From NCBI GenBank assembly GCA_029820295.1, contig JALGVA010000009.1:1-58191 (forward strand): DNA of 58,191 bases, written 5' to 3'. The notes under the pieces are model-generated. The model had not been told where the DNA came from. It made no database searches and saw nothing but the letters and a program-made list of their open reading frames with translations. Shown here piece by piece: positions 8,428 to 18,819 of the stretch (positions are counted from its first letter, which is position 1; every line of letters begins with the position of its first letter). Source of the stretch: Candidatus Zipacnadia bacterium (lineage in GTDB: Bacteria > Armatimonadota > Zipacnadia > Zipacnadales > UBA5352). The translations under genes and the position numbers were made by a program.

Positions 8428-10143
8428 TCACGGCGCGCCTTCCTCCTCCTGCGCCATGCGCCCAAGCACCTGCTTCGCGCCGGCGGCCCCGGCACCTGCC
8501 CCCGCCGCGGCCTTCTCCAGCGCCGGCCGCGCGGGCTCGCCGATCTCCATCAGCAGGTGCTGGGCGCTCTCGCGCGTGATGCTGTCCTCGGCGCCGAGTG
8601 CCTCGATGAGCGCCGGCACCGCCGTCTCGCCCATCGCGGGCAGCGCCTCCCAGGCCGCGCGCGACCGCTCATCCCGCGAGCGAGCGCCCAGGGCCTCGAT
8701 CATCACCTCGACGCCCCGCGGGTCGCCGATCGCGCCCAGGGCCTCGATCGCCGCGCCGCTGGCGCCGCGCAGGTCGGCCCGGGCGAGCGCGATCAGCGGC
8801 TCCACCGCGCGCTCGTCGCCGATCTTCCTCAGCGCCTCCGCAGTCGCCTCGACCACATCGGTATCGCCGTGCTTGAGCAGCGGCACCAGCACCTCGACCG
8901 CGCGCGCGTCCCCCAGCTCGCCCAGGGCGATCACGATCTCGTCCACGGCCCACTCGTTGCAGTCGGCCAGGGCCGCGATGAGCGGCTCGACCGCACGTGG
9001 GTCGCCGATTCGCCCCAGCGCCTGGGCGGCGCGCGCCGGCCTCGTCGGGCCGTCCTCCTCCAGCAGGCCGATCAGGTAGGGCACCGCGCGCGCATCGCCG
9101 ATCTCGCCCAGGGCGATGATCGCGTTGACGTCCGCATTGACCCGGCGCTCTTCGTCATCCAGCAGCGCCAGCAGCGGCGCCACCGCGCGCGCATCGCCCA
9201 GATCGCCCAGGGCCGAGGCGGCCGCGCTGCGCACGCTGTACGCCGGGTCGTGGAGCATCGCCACCATCTCGTCGAGCGTGGTCGGGTCGGCCAGCTCGCC
9301 CAACCCCCTGAGCGCCTCCGCGCGCACGCCCTCGCTGCTGTGCCGCAGGGCGCTGAGCAGCGTGCTCCGATCGCGGGCGGAGCGATCGGCGGGTAGCTGT
9401 GTCGGGACCGTCTCCCCGGGCGGCAGCAGCCAGGTGATGGCCTTCGCGGCGGCGCTGCTCGCCCCGGGTGCGTCGAGCGCCATGACTTCCTCGAGCACCA
9501 CCCGCGCCCGCGGGTCCTGGATGTCACCCAGCGCCTCCGCCATCGCGCCTATGGGCAGCTCGGTCGGGTTGTACTCGTGCGGCGCCATCACGATCTGGCT
9601 GTCGGCGGGCGGCTCGACGGTCGCCACCGCCTCGGGGTCATGGCGCGCGATGCGCCGGCGCAACTCGCCGACGAGCGGTTCGACCGCGCGCTGGTCGTGC
9701 ATGCGGCCCAGCGCCCGCGCCGCCCGTGCCGCCACCATGGGGTCGTCGTGACGCAGCGCCCGCAGCAGCGGCTCGAGCGCCTCCTCGCCGGCCCGGCCCA
9801 GCACCTCCTGGGCCGTGTGCGCGATCCGCCCGTCCTCGTGGCCGAGCGCCGCGATGAGCTTCCGTATGCCCGCCGGGCCGCACCCGGCGAGGCCCTCGGC
9901 GACGCTCAGGTCCCCCGCCAGGAACTCGTCGGCGATGCGCTCCGCCCGCCGGGCGTCGCTCATGCGCATGAAGCCCGGTGCGGGCGCGGCCAGCCACTCC
10001 TCCTCCGTGACCACCAGGCGATCGGCCGCGAAGTAGATGATGACCGCGAGTACGATGGCGGCGGGGATGAACCACGGGCGGAATTCGACCGACCAGAAGT
10101 GCACCCTGGGACTGCTGCTGCGCTCTTCGTGTGTGGGCGACAT
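8428..10143 (-). CDS. membrane-anchored HEAT-repeat protein (PBS-lyase HEAT-like repeats)
   Basis: One TM near the N-terminus, then at least 10 repeats of the form ...ALGxIGDxRAVEPLIxxL.... Start chosen at MSPTHEER (ATG 10143) with a GAGGGGG RBS. Confidence 0.7.
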   Translation of the reverse strand: MSPTHEERSSSPRVHFWSVEFRPWFIPAAIVLAVIIYFAADRLVVTEEEWLAAPAPGFMRMSDARRAERIADEFLAGDLSVAEGLAGCGPAGIRKLIAALGHEDGRIAHTAQEVLGRAGEEALEPLLRALRHDDPMVAARAARALGRMHDQRAVEPLVGELRRRIARHDPEAVATVEPPADSQIVMAPHEYNPTELPIGAMAEALGDIQDPRARVVLEEVMALDAPGASSAAAKAITWLLPPGETVPTQLPADRSARDRSTLLSALRHSSEGVRAEALRGLGELADPTTLDEMVAMLHDPAYSVRSAAASALGDLGDARAVAPLLALLDDEERRVNADVNAIIALGEIGDARAVPYLIGLLEEDGPTRPARAAQALGRIGDPRAVEPLIAALADCNEWAVDEIVIALGELGDARAVEVLVPLLKHGDTDVVEATAEALRKIGDERAVEPLIALARADLRGASGAAIEALGAIGDPRGVEVMIEALGARSRDERSRAAWEALPAMGETAVPALIEALGAEDSITRESAQHLLMEIGEPARPALEKAAAGAGAGAAGAKQVLGRMAQEEEGAP

Positions 10144-10195
10144 ATGCGCCCCCTCGTGAGGTGGCTCGCATGGCAGGTCCACGGCGGACCGGCGG

Positions 10196-11386
10196 CTACG
10201 CCACCGGCTCGATCTCCGCGAGACGGTCGCCGATGTAGCGCAGCCGGTCCAACGACGCGTCCGGCGGCGTGGTGTCGGCGATCGAGTAGATAATCCCCCG
10301 GTAGTCGTCGCCCGCCGCCGCGATCACGTCCTCGAGGTGATCGTCGAACTCGTCGTCGCTGAAGCTGCTCTCCAGCACGCTCGACGAGCAGATGCCGCCC
10401 CAGATGGCCGGATGCGCGCCGAAGGCCTTGCGGTAGTCGGCCAGCGACAGCCGGGTCATCGGCGCCGGGCAGACCGAGTCCGCAAGGTCGATGCCGCACT
10501 GCACATAGAGGTCGAGCAGCCCTTCGTTCTCACCGTCGGTGTGGGTCGCGACCAGCTTGCCGGCCGCGTGCAGGCGCTCGGTGGCCCAGGTCAGGAAGGG
10601 CGCGATGTGCTCGGCGAACAGCGGCGGCGGCGTGAGCATCACGTCGTAGTTGGCACCCAGCAGCACCACCTCGGCGGAGCTTTGCGCGCAGGCGTCCACC
10701 ACGGCGCGGAAGTAGCCCTCCATGCGCGCCGCCGTCGCCGCGATCAGCTCCGGGTGGTCATGCAGATTGAAGAAGAACTCATCGTAGGGCACAAGCTCCT
10801 TGAGCAGATGGTGCACGGGCGAGGCGGCAACGTTGGCGAAGGCGACGGCCACGCCGTCGTCGCCGACCTCCGCCTGGAACCGGGCGTAGCGGCCGCCGGG
10901 CTCGACCTGCAGGTCCTCGAATACGAAGGCGATGACCTCATAGTCCGCGGGCGACTTCACGGCGCGCTCGGAGCAATGCAGCAGCGTGACGCCGTCGCGG
11001 CGCATCTGCGGCGTGTGCACCAGCTTCGTGGTGAGCGTGCCGACGGGTGTGCGGTAGGTGATGCGGTAGATGCCGCCGGTGCGCTCGACGGTGCGCTCGG
11101 TCTCACGGAAGCTCAGGCGGTAGGGCTGGTTGCGCACGTGCACCAGGCCCAGCGCCTGGTCGGCGACCTCGTCGGGCTCTTCGACGTCGAGGAAGTCGGG
11201 GATGACCTCGTGGCGGCCCACGCCCAGGATACGCTGGATGCCCCACAGCGGCATGTCGGACCACGCCTGCGGCAGCGTGCCGCGGAAGCGGTTGGCCTTG
11301 TACCACAGGTCGAGCCGGGGCACCCACGGGACCTGATCCACCGGCTCGGCGCGGATGGCGGCGAGGATTCTCTCGCGATGGGTCAT
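10196..11386 (-). CDS. uroporphyrinogen decarboxylase (URO-D) family protein, MtaA-like
   Basis: 396 aa from MTHRERILAAIRAEPVDQVPWVPRLD..., which is the URO-D/methyltransferase TIM-barrel signature. The upstream Arg-rich 112 aa of the ORF were judged non-coding. Confidence 0.6.
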   Translation of the reverse strand: MTHRERILAAIRAEPVDQVPWVPRLDLWYKANRFRGTLPQAWSDMPLWGIQRILGVGRHEVIPDFLDVEEPDEVADQALGLVHVRNQPYRLSFRETERTVERTGGIYRITYRTPVGTLTTKLVHTPQMRRDGVTLLHCSERAVKSPADYEVIAFVFEDLQVEPGGRYARFQAEVGDDGVAVAFANVAASPVHHLLKELVPYDEFFFNLHDHPELIAATAARMEGYFRAVVDACAQSSAEVVLLGANYDVMLTPPPLFAEHIAPFLTWATERLHAAGKLVATHTDGENEGLLDLYVQCGIDLADSVCPAPMTRLSLADYRKAFGAHPAIWGGICSSSVLESSFSDDEFDDHLEDVIAAAGDDYRGIIYSIADTTPPDASLDRLRYIGDRLAEIEPVA

Positions 11387-11763
11387 GGCGCTCCCCTGTG
11401 ACGCGCGACGGGCGTTCAGATGAAGGTTCGGTGGAAGCGCGCCGGGACCTCCCTGTCTCCGCCCCGCCGCCGCTGCCGTCCGCCGCGGTCGCGGAGGGAC
11501 CGCACGACGGGCGATGGCGCAGCGATCGCCCGCAGGTCGGCCTAACACAGTCGTTCGCCACTCGCGCCTTCGTGACGCCGAACGGCGCACGGGTCCCGCC
11601 CTCGTGCGGGATGCCACGGAACGACTCGGGCCCTCTGCCATTGCTGTTGGCTCGTAGTTCGCAGCTCGTAGCCGGTAGCCTGAAGGTCGCCCTCCCGCCC
11701 GGGTCGAATACACACCCTCCACGCCCGCCGCGCACGCATATCATCGACCAGAGAGCGCATGTA

Positions 11764-13062
11764 ATGGCATACGGTGACGACGCCGTGACGCTCAGCCGCG
11801 ACGAGATCGACGCCCTGCAGGTGCAGGCGCTGCGCGAGACGCTGGAGCGCGCCCGCCGGGCGCCCGCGTACGCCGATCGGCTCAGCGACATCTCGCCCAA
11901 CGACATCCGCGGCCCCGAGGACGTCCGCCGGCTGCCCCTGACCGGCAAGGATGACTTGCGCGCGGGCATGCCCTGGGGCTTCCTGGCGGCGCCGCGGCGC
12001 GATGTGGTGCGCATGCACTATTCCTCGGGCACCACGGGCCTTGCGACCGCGGTCTTCCATACGCGCGGCGACCTGGAGCGCTGGGCGCAGTGCGTGGCGC
12101 GGGGGATGCTCGCCGCGGGTGTCACCGAGGACGACGTCTTCCAGAACATGATGGGCTACGGCCTGTTTACCGGCGGCCTGGGCTTCCACTACGCCGGCGA
12201 GCTGATCGGGTGCATGACCATCCCGGCCGGCTCCGGCAACACCGAGCGTCAGATCCACCTGATGCAGGGCTTCGGGTCGAGCGTGCTGCACATCATCCCC
12301 AGCTACGCCCTGCGCGTGCTGCATGTGTGCGAGGGCGAGGGCATCGATCCGCACGCCGACCTCTCGGTGCGCGTAATCTTCGTCGGCGGCGAGCCGCACA
12401 GCGAGCAGCTCCGCCGGCGCATCGAGGACGGCTTCGGCGCGAAGGTCTACAACTGCTACGGGCTGTCCGAGATGTGCGGGCCGGGCGTGGCCATGGAGTG
12501 CGCGCAGCAGCACGGCCTGCACGTCTGCGAGGACCACTACCTCGCGGAGGTGCTCGACCCGGAGACGCTCGAGCCGGTGCCGCCGGGCGAGCTGGGGGAG
12601 CTGGTGCTGACCACGCTGTGCCGCGAGGCCATGCCGCTGCTGCGCTACCGCACCCGCGACATCGTGCACGTGATCGAGGGCGAGTGCCCGTGCGGGTCGC
12701 GCCACGCGCGCATCTCGCGCATCGAGGGCCGCAGCGACGACATGCTGGTGGTCAGGGGCGTGAACGTCTACCCGCTGCAGGTGGAGCGCGCGCTGCTGGA
12801 TTTCGACGAGGTGGGCCGCAATTATGTAATCACGCTCGACCGCCCCGCCGACCTCGACCGCATGACCGTCGCGGTCGAGCTGGCGCAGGCCGGCTTCGCG
12901 GACGAGATGCGTCGGCTCAATGCGCTGCGCGAGCGTATCTGCCGGCGGCTGCGGTCGGAGCTGGACCTGGGGGTCGAGGTGGAGTTGCACGAGCCCGGCG
13001 CCCTGCCCGTCAGCGAGGGCAAGGCCGTGCGCGTGATCGACAGGCGAAACCAGGAGACCTGA
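11764..13062 (+). CDS. paaK: phenylacetate-CoA ligase family protein (PaaK-like)
   Basis: 432 aa with the YSSGTTG adenylation motif and a PaaK-type C-terminal domain. Start at MAYGDD. Confidence 0.8.
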   Translation: MAYGDDAVTLSRDEIDALQVQALRETLERARRAPAYADRLSDISPNDIRGPEDVRRLPLTGKDDLRAGMPWGFLAAPRRDVVRMHYSSGTTGLATAVFHTRGDLERWAQCVARGMLAAGVTEDDVFQNMMGYGLFTGGLGFHYAGELIGCMTIPAGSGNTERQIHLMQGFGSSVLHIIPSYALRVLHVCEGEGIDPHADLSVRVIFVGGEPHSEQLRRRIEDGFGAKVYNCYGLSEMCGPGVAMECAQQHGLHVCEDHYLAEVLDPETLEPVPPGELGELVLTTLCREAMPLLRYRTRDIVHVIEGECPCGSRHARISRIEGRSDDMLVVRGVNVYPLQVERALLDFDEVGRNYVITLDRPADLDRMTVAVELAQAGFADEMRRLNALRERICRRLRSELDLGVEVELHEPGALPVSEGKAVRVIDRRNQET

Positions 13063-13070
13063 TCGATACC

Positions 13071-14861
13071 ATGACGGACACCGCAAGGGACCTGTCGAGA
13101 ACGCTGTTGCTGTCGGGTAACGAGGCCATCGCACGCGGGGCGTGGGAGGCGGGCGTGCGCTTCGGCTCGGGCTACCCGGGCACCCCATCGTCGGAGATAC
13201 TCCCGGCGCTCAAGGAGCTGGGCGACGCCTACGTCGAGTGGTCGGTGAACGAGAAGGTGGCGCTGGAGGCAGCCGCGGGGGCCTCGATCGCCGGTGCCCG
13301 TGCGCTGGTGACCATGAAGCACGTGGGCCTGAACGTCGCCGCCGACCCGCTGTTCACCCTGTCGTACACGGGCGTGGCGGGTGGGCTGGTCATCATCTCC
13401 GCCGACGACCCGTCGATGCACTCGTCGCAGAACGAGCAGGACAACCGCAACTACGCGCGCGCGGCCAGGGTGCCGATGCTCGAGCCCGCCGACAGCCAGG
13501 AGGCGCGCGAGATGACCATGCGCGCCTTCGAGCTGAGCGAGCAGTTCGACGTGCCGGTGATCGTGCGCCCGGTCACGCGCATCTGCCACTCGGACGGCCT
13601 GGTCGAAGTCGGCGAGCGTCGGCAGGTCGAGCTGCGCGCGGAGCTGGAGCCGAACGCGCGCAAGTACGTGATGATCCCGGCGTGGGCGCGCGAGCGCCGC
13701 GTGGTCATGGCCGAGCGCACCCTCGAACTGATCGCTCTCGCCGAGGAGACCGACCTCAACCGCGAGGAGATAGGCGATACGTCGCTCGGCATCATCGCCT
13801 CCGGCGTGGCCTGGCAGCACGCGCGCGAGGCCTTCCCGGACGCGTCGTTCCTGAAGCTGGGGCTGGCCTGGCCGCTCCCGCCCGAGCGCATCCGGCGCTT
13901 CGCCGCGCAGGTCGAGCGGCTGTTCGTGGTCGAGGAGCTGGACCCGTTCCTGACCGCGCAGATCCTGGCGATGGGCGTCGCGGTCGAGCCGGTGGACGGG
14001 CGCTTCCGCCTGGGCGAGCTGACTCCGGGGCGTGTGCGCGCGATGATCACCGGCGAGCCGGTGCCGCGGGTGGCCGCGGACGAGGACCTGCCACCGCGCC
14101 CGCCGACTCTGTGCGCCGGCTGCCCGCATCGCAGCGTCTTCAGCGCGCTGCGCGAGATCAAGGCCTACGTGACCGGCGATATCGGCTGCTACACGCTGGG
14201 CACGCTGCCGCCGCTGCAGGCGCTGCACACCTGCCTGTGCATGGGCGCAGGCGTCAGCCAGGCGCACGGCATGCAGAAGGTGCGCGGTCACGAGGCCCCG
14301 GTGGTGGCGGTCATCGGCGACTCCACCTTCACGCACTCGGGCATCACCGCGCTGGTGAACATTGCCTACAATGCGGGCGTGAGCACCGTGGTGATCCTCG
14401 ACAACCGCACCACCGCCATGACCGGCGGGCAGGTGCACCCGGGCGTGGGCGAGACGCTGTCGGGGATGCCCGGCCGGGCGCTGGACTTCGAGGCGCTGGC
14501 GCGCGCGGTCGGCATCGACGACGTGCGGGTGGTCGATCCCTACGACCTGGCCGCCACCGAGCAGGCGCTGCGTGAGGCGATGGCCTCGCCCGAGCCGTCG
14601 GTGGTGATCGCGCGGCGCGAGTGCGCGCTGATGGTGCCCGACTACGGGCCCGCGCCGGTGCTCGATGAGGAGCTGTGCATCCGCTGCGGCAAGTGCATCC
14701 GCATCGGCTGCCCGGCGCTGTCGGCGTTCGACGACGGAGGGAAGCGGCCCATCCCGCGCATCGACGCGGCGCTGTGCACGGGCTGCACCATGTGCGCGCA
14801 GGTGTGCCCGGTGAACGCGCTGAAGCTACCGGCCGACGCCGAGGGCAGGGGTGATGCGTGA
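13071..14861 (+). CDS. iorA: indolepyruvate ferredoxin oxidoreductase alpha subunit
   Basis: 596 aa with a TPP-binding region (GDIGCYTLG..., GDSTFTHSG) and two C-terminal 4Fe-4S cysteine clusters ([25 protein letters not shown]). Confidence 0.85.
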   Translation: MTDTARDLSRTLLLSGNEAIARGAWEAGVRFGSGYPGTPSSEILPALKELGDAYVEWSVNEKVALEAAAGASIAGARALVTMKHVGLNVAADPLFTLSYTGVAGGLVIISADDPSMHSSQNEQDNRNYARAARVPMLEPADSQEAREMTMRAFELSEQFDVPVIVRPVTRICHSDGLVEVGERRQVELRAELEPNARKYVMIPAWARERRVVMAERTLELIALAEETDLNREEIGDTSLGIIASGVAWQHAREAFPDASFLKLGLAWPLPPERIRRFAAQVERLFVVEELDPFLTAQILAMGVAVEPVDGRFRLGELTPGRVRAMITGEPVPRVAADEDLPPRPPTLCAGCPHRSVFSALREIKAYVTGDIGCYTLGTLPPLQALHTCLCMGAGVSQAHGMQKVRGHEAPVVAVIGDSTFTHSGITALVNIAYNAGVSTVVILDNRTTAMTGGQVHPGVGETLSGMPGRALDFEALARAVGIDDVRVVDPYDLAATEQALREAMASPEPSVVIARRECALMVPDYGPAPVLDEELCIRCGKCIRIGCPALSAFDDGGKRPIPRIDAALCTGCTMCAQVCPVNALKLPADAEGRGDA

Positions 14862-15448
14862 TGGTCACCAACGTGCTGCTCACCGGAGTCGGCGGCCAGG
14901 GCATCATCACCGCGAGCACCGTGCTGTCGCAGGCGTGCCGGATCGCGGGCTGGCAGGTCAAGAAGAGCGAGGTCCACGGCATGAGCCAGCGCGGGGGGAG
15001 CGTCAACAGCTACGTGCGCTTTTCCGCGGACGCGCCGGTGGCCTCGCCGCTGATCCCCGAGGGCGCGGCCGGCATCATGCTGGCCTTCGAGCCGCTCGAG
15101 GGCCTGCGGCAGATCGGCGAATGCGCGCCCGACGCGCGCGTGCTGGTGGAGGAGCGCCGGATCGTTCCGGTCACCGTGAACCTGCCGGAGTTCAGCTACC
15201 CGGACGATGTGCTCGAGCGCCTGCAGGCGAGCGGGCGGCGGGTGACGGTGGTGCCGGCCATGGCGACCGCGGTCGACCTGGGCGAGCCGCGCGCGGCCAA
15301 CACGGTGATGCTCGGAGCGCTGGCGACGCTACTGGCGCTGCCCGACGCCGCCTGGCACGAGGCCCTGCACGGGGTACTCAAGCCGACGGCGGTGGCGATC
15401 AACCTGCAGGCGTTCGCGGTCGGGCGCGAGATGATGGTGGGAGCGTAG
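14858..15448 (+). CDS. iorB: indolepyruvate ferredoxin oxidoreductase beta subunit
   Basis: 196 aa with GVGGQGI near the N-terminus. Its ATGA start/stop overlaps iorA. Confidence 0.8.
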   Translation: MMVTNVLLTGVGGQGIITASTVLSQACRIAGWQVKKSEVHGMSQRGGSVNSYVRFSADAPVASPLIPEGAAGIMLAFEPLEGLRQIGECAPDARVLVEERRIVPVTVNLPEFSYPDDVLERLQASGRRVTVVPAMATAVDLGEPRAANTVMLGALATLLALPDAAWHEALHGVLKPTAVAINLQAFAVGREMMVGA

Positions 15449-15531
15449 GACGGCCAACGGCGGGCAGGCCGCTCCGTCTCATGGCGGCGCTGACCGGCTT
15501 GCTGTCAGACGAACGAAGGAGGCGCGATCAG

Positions 15532-16836
15532 ATGATCTGGGACCCGTATTACGAGTGTATGGATCCCGAGGAGCGCACGAAGCTGCAGGTGCGGCGGCTG
15601 CGCGAGACCGTGGCGCGGCTGAACGTCAACGTGCCCTGGTACCGCGACCGGTTCGCCGAGAAGGGCATCGAGCCCGGCGACATCAAGTCGCTGGACGACC
15701 TGCGCCACCTGCCCTTCACCACCAAGGATGACCTGCGCGAGACCTACCCCCTCGGCCTGTTCGCCGTGCCGCCCGAGGAGTGCGTGCGCATCCACGCCTC
15801 GTCGGGCACCACCGGCAAGCCCATCATCGCCGGCTACACGCGCGACGACATCACGAACGTGTGGGCCGAGACCATCGCCCGCACCATCGCCTGCGGCGGC
15901 GGCACCAGCCACGACGTGCTGCACAACGCCTACGGCTACGGGCTGTTCACCGGCGGGCTGGGCCTGCACTACGGCGGCGAGCTGATGGGCTGTCTGGTCA
16001 TCCCCGCCTCGGGTGGCAACACCGAGCGCCAGCTCATGCTCATGGAGGACCTGGGCAGCACCATCCTGTGCTGCACGCCCTCCTACGCGCTGACCATCGC
16101 GGACGTCGCCGAGAACATCGGCTTCGACCTGAGCAGGATCAAGCTCAAGTCCGGCCTGTTCGGCGCCGAGCCGTGGAGCGACAGCGCACGGGAGTCCATC
16201 GAGGAGCGCCTGGGGCTGTCGGCCCACGACATTTACGGGCTGACCGAGGTGATCGGGCCGGGCGTGGCGGGGGAGTGCGAAGCCAAGGCGGGCCTGCACG
16301 TCTACGACGACCACTTCATCCCCGAGGTGATCGACCCCGACAGCGGCGAGCCGCTGCCACCGGGCGAAAAGGGCGAGCTGGTATTGACCTGCATCACCAA
16401 GCGCGCCTTCCCCATCATCCGCTTCCGCACGCGCGACATCACGCGGCTGGACTACGAGACCTGCGCGTGCGGGCGCACCCAGCCGCGCATGGAGCGCATC
16501 ACCGGACGCACCGACGACATGCTCATTATCCGCGGGGTCAACGTGTTCCCGTCGCAGATCGAAGAGGTGCTGCTCAGGATCGAGGAGGTCGAGCCGCACT
16601 ACCAGCTCGTGCTCACGCGTGAAGGCCATCTCGACAACCTCGAGGTGCAGGTCGAGGTGTCGCCGGCGATGTTCTCCGACGAGGTGCGCAAGCTCGAGGC
16701 GATCGAGGACAGGATCCGCGAGCGACTCAGCTCGGCGCTGGGCATCCGCGTGGGCGTGAAGCTGGTCGAGCCGCGGAGCATCGAGCGCAGCATCGGCAAA
16801 GCCAAGCGCGTAATCGACAAGCGGGAGGAGGTGTGA
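15532..16836 (+). CDS. paaK: second phenylacetate-CoA ligase family protein (PaaK-like)
   Basis: 434 aa with the SSGTTG motif. AGGAGG RBS at 15519-15524. About 50% identical by eye to the first PaaK copy. Confidence 0.8.
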   Translation: MIWDPYYECMDPEERTKLQVRRLRETVARLNVNVPWYRDRFAEKGIEPGDIKSLDDLRHLPFTTKDDLRETYPLGLFAVPPEECVRIHASSGTTGKPIIAGYTRDDITNVWAETIARTIACGGGTSHDVLHNAYGYGLFTGGLGLHYGGELMGCLVIPASGGNTERQLMLMEDLGSTILCCTPSYALTIADVAENIGFDLSRIKLKSGLFGAEPWSDSARESIEERLGLSAHDIYGLTEVIGPGVAGECEAKAGLHVYDDHFIPEVIDPDSGEPLPPGEKGELVLTCITKRAFPIIRFRTRDITRLDYETCACGRTQPRMERITGRTDDMLIIRGVNVFPSQIEEVLLRIEEVEPHYQLVLTREGHLDNLEVQVEVSPAMFSDEVRKLEAIEDRIRERLSSALGIRVGVKLVEPRSIERSIGKAKRVIDKREEV

Positions 16837-16839
16837 GCC

Positions 16840-17292
16840 ATGACCGCCGGAGAGGTTCTGTGCAAGCAGGTCTCGGTCTTCCTCGAGAACAAGTCGGGTC
16901 GGCTCGCGGAGGTGTGCCAGACGCTGGGGCGGGCGGAGATCAACATCCGCGCGCTGTGCATCGCCGACACGTCGGACTTCGGCATCCTGCGGCTGATTGT
17001 GGATCAGCCCGACGAAGCCGTGGCGGTGCTGCAGGCCGAGGGGTTCTCGGTGGGCAGCACCGGGGTGCTGGCGCTGCGCATCCCCGATCGCCCGGGGGGT
17101 CTGGGGACGGTGCTGGGGCAGCTTCAGGAGGAGGACGTCAACGTCGAGTACATGTACGCGTTCTTCATCACCATCGCGGGCGACGCGGTGGTGCTCTTCA
17201 AGGTGGAAGACCCCATGGTGGACACCACGCTGGCGCTGCTCGAGCGCGCCGGCGTCAAGGTGCTCACGGCCGAGGAGGTCTACCGCCTGTAG
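16840..17292 (+). CDS. ACT-domain protein
   Basis: 150 aa; two ACT-like beta-alpha-beta-beta-alpha-beta units. This is the usual partner gene of iorAB-paaK clusters. Confidence 0.65.
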   Translation: MTAGEVLCKQVSVFLENKSGRLAEVCQTLGRAEINIRALCIADTSDFGILRLIVDQPDEAVAVLQAEGFSVGSTGVLALRIPDRPGGLGTVLGQLQEEDVNVEYMYAFFITIAGDAVVLFKVEDPMVDTTLALLERAGVKVLTAEEVYRL

Positions 17293-17320
17293 CGCCGGGC
17301 CGCATCACCTGAGAACGCAC

Positions 17321-17351
17321 ACGAGGCCGGCCCTCACCGGGCCGGCCTCGT
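17321..17351. terminator. bidirectional GC hairpin (13-bp stem) between convergent genes
   Basis: ACGAGGCCGGCCC tcacc GGGCCGGCCTCGT. Confidence 0.5.
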
Positions 17352-17372
17352 CGACTCTCTCTGGCCTGCCTC

Positions 17373-18182
17373 TCAGTCGAAGAGGCGGTCCTGGGGTTCC
17401 TTCGGCGGGGGGAATACCCCCAAGATGAGCCACACTTCCTTTGGGTAGTGCGCGGTGCCAACGTAGAAATGCGTGTCTTTGTCGGGGGCGCAGAGGTCGT
17501 CAAGGAACTTGTCCCGCACCTTCTGTAGAGCGACGCGCTCTCCGTACCTCTCGCGCATGTCCAGGAAGAGAGCGCCGACCTCCCAGTCGAGGATCATGAT
17601 GCGGTGGTTCCCCTTGCAGCGGGGATCATCGCATCGGAAGCGGTAGCGGAACTCGTAGGGCAGCTTGGTCAGGGGCGTGCGATCTCGGCCCAACAGATTG
17701 CGTTGCGTCAGCTTCGCGTGGTCTGCGTCTGACCAATCGCGACCCGCGGCGGTCCAGTCGAAGTCGAGCACCTCTGCTGGCTGGAAGAGCCCCAATGATG
17801 GTCCATTGTGCTCCTTGCGTCGCCGGTCCAGCTCCTCCAAGGATGGCGCGGCGAACGGCAACACAACGCGCTTCCTCTCCGCCCAGTGATGCGAAGTGTC
17901 TACGTGTCCCACGACCTCGATGCTGTCCTGCAGAGGTCTGAAGCTATCAGGACGCTTGTCCCTGCCGCCGTGCGGCAATACCACCAGGTCTACCCAGTCG
18001 TACTTGCTGTACCATCGCTCGTACGGGAGCTGCCGGAATTGGACAGGGAAGATGCGGATGAAGCCTTCGCCGGGGATGACCCCAGCGGTGCAGACCAGTT
18101 CGCTGTACGTCGAGGAGGGTGTCGGGTAGGTCTTGACAGTGATCAGCACGCGCAGGCGGCGCTCTCCCCCCGTTGGGGTCAC
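17373..18182 (-). CDS. hypothetical protein; no family recognised
   Basis: 269 aa with good coding periodicity. It contains C-x4-C (CDDPRCKGNH). Its start overlaps the stop of the DUF488 gene (ATGA), so the two are translationally coupled. Confidence 0.5.
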   Translation of the reverse strand: MTPTGGERRLRVLITVKTYPTPSSTYSELVCTAGVIPGEGFIRIFPVQFRQLPYERWYSKYDWVDLVVLPHGGRDKRPDSFRPLQDSIEVVGHVDTSHHWAERKRVVLPFAAPSLEELDRRRKEHNGPSLGLFQPAEVLDFDWTAAGRDWSDADHAKLTQRNLLGRDRTPLTKLPYEFRYRFRCDDPRCKGNHRIMILDWEVGALFLDMRERYGERVALQKVRDKFLDDLCAPDKDTHFYVGTAHYPKEVWLILGVFPPPKEPQDRLFD

Positions 18183-18634
18183 AGGTGACGCACCTCCAGA
18201 CCGGTCGCTTCGCCAAGCATGCCTGACAGCGCGTACCGGTGGCAGTAGCGCGGGTCGCGCTCATAGCAGACAATGGCTACATCGCCGGAACCGCAGATGA
18301 GTTCAGCCTCGGCTAGAGCCGCCGCAGCTTGCTCACGGACACGGCTGCAGTAGGACTGCCGGGCGCTGTGTACGGTCCCCAGAGAGTGGAAGTCGTCCCG
18401 CTGATCGGGCGGGACGCCCAGACTGGGCAGGTGGTGATAGCCGATACCGATCCGGCTGGCGAGGCGAGCCAGCATACCGGAGGAGAATCCGAGCTTCCGG
18501 GATGAGGCCGAGTCCCGCACGTCCAGTATGGTGCGCACCCGCAGCGCCAGCAAGGTGGCGAGGAAGTCGCCAATACGACGCCCTTCGTAGCCGATGGTGT
18601 AGAGGACCGGCCCCCGGGGGCTCTCCTCTGGCAT
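18179..18634 (-). CDS. DUF488-family protein
   Basis: LYTIGYEGRRIGDFLATL...ILDVRDSASSRK...CYERDPRYCHRYALS matches DUF488 hallmarks (TIGY..., CxE...CHR). Start placed at MPEESPRGPV (ATG 18634). Confidence 0.6.
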   Translation of the reverse strand: MPEESPRGPVLYTIGYEGRRIGDFLATLLALRVRTILDVRDSASSRKLGFSSGMLARLASRIGIGYHHLPSLGVPPDQRDDFHSLGTVHSARQSYCSRVREQAAAALAEAELICGSGDVAIVCYERDPRYCHRYALSGMLGEATGLEVRHL

Positions 18635-18819
18635 CTGGTCTGTCTCCCCGAGCACGTCAAGCGTGCTGACAATCTCTCCCTCGCATAGGCCGCAGCGCGA
18701 AAGCGCCCGGAAGAAGCCCGCGGGCCGCACCGACATGGTGCTTGCGGCTATGGCATGGAGGAGTCTTCTCCTCCTCCGAGTCGCATCCTGCTTCACTGAG
18801 CTGCGCCTCAGCATCGCCG

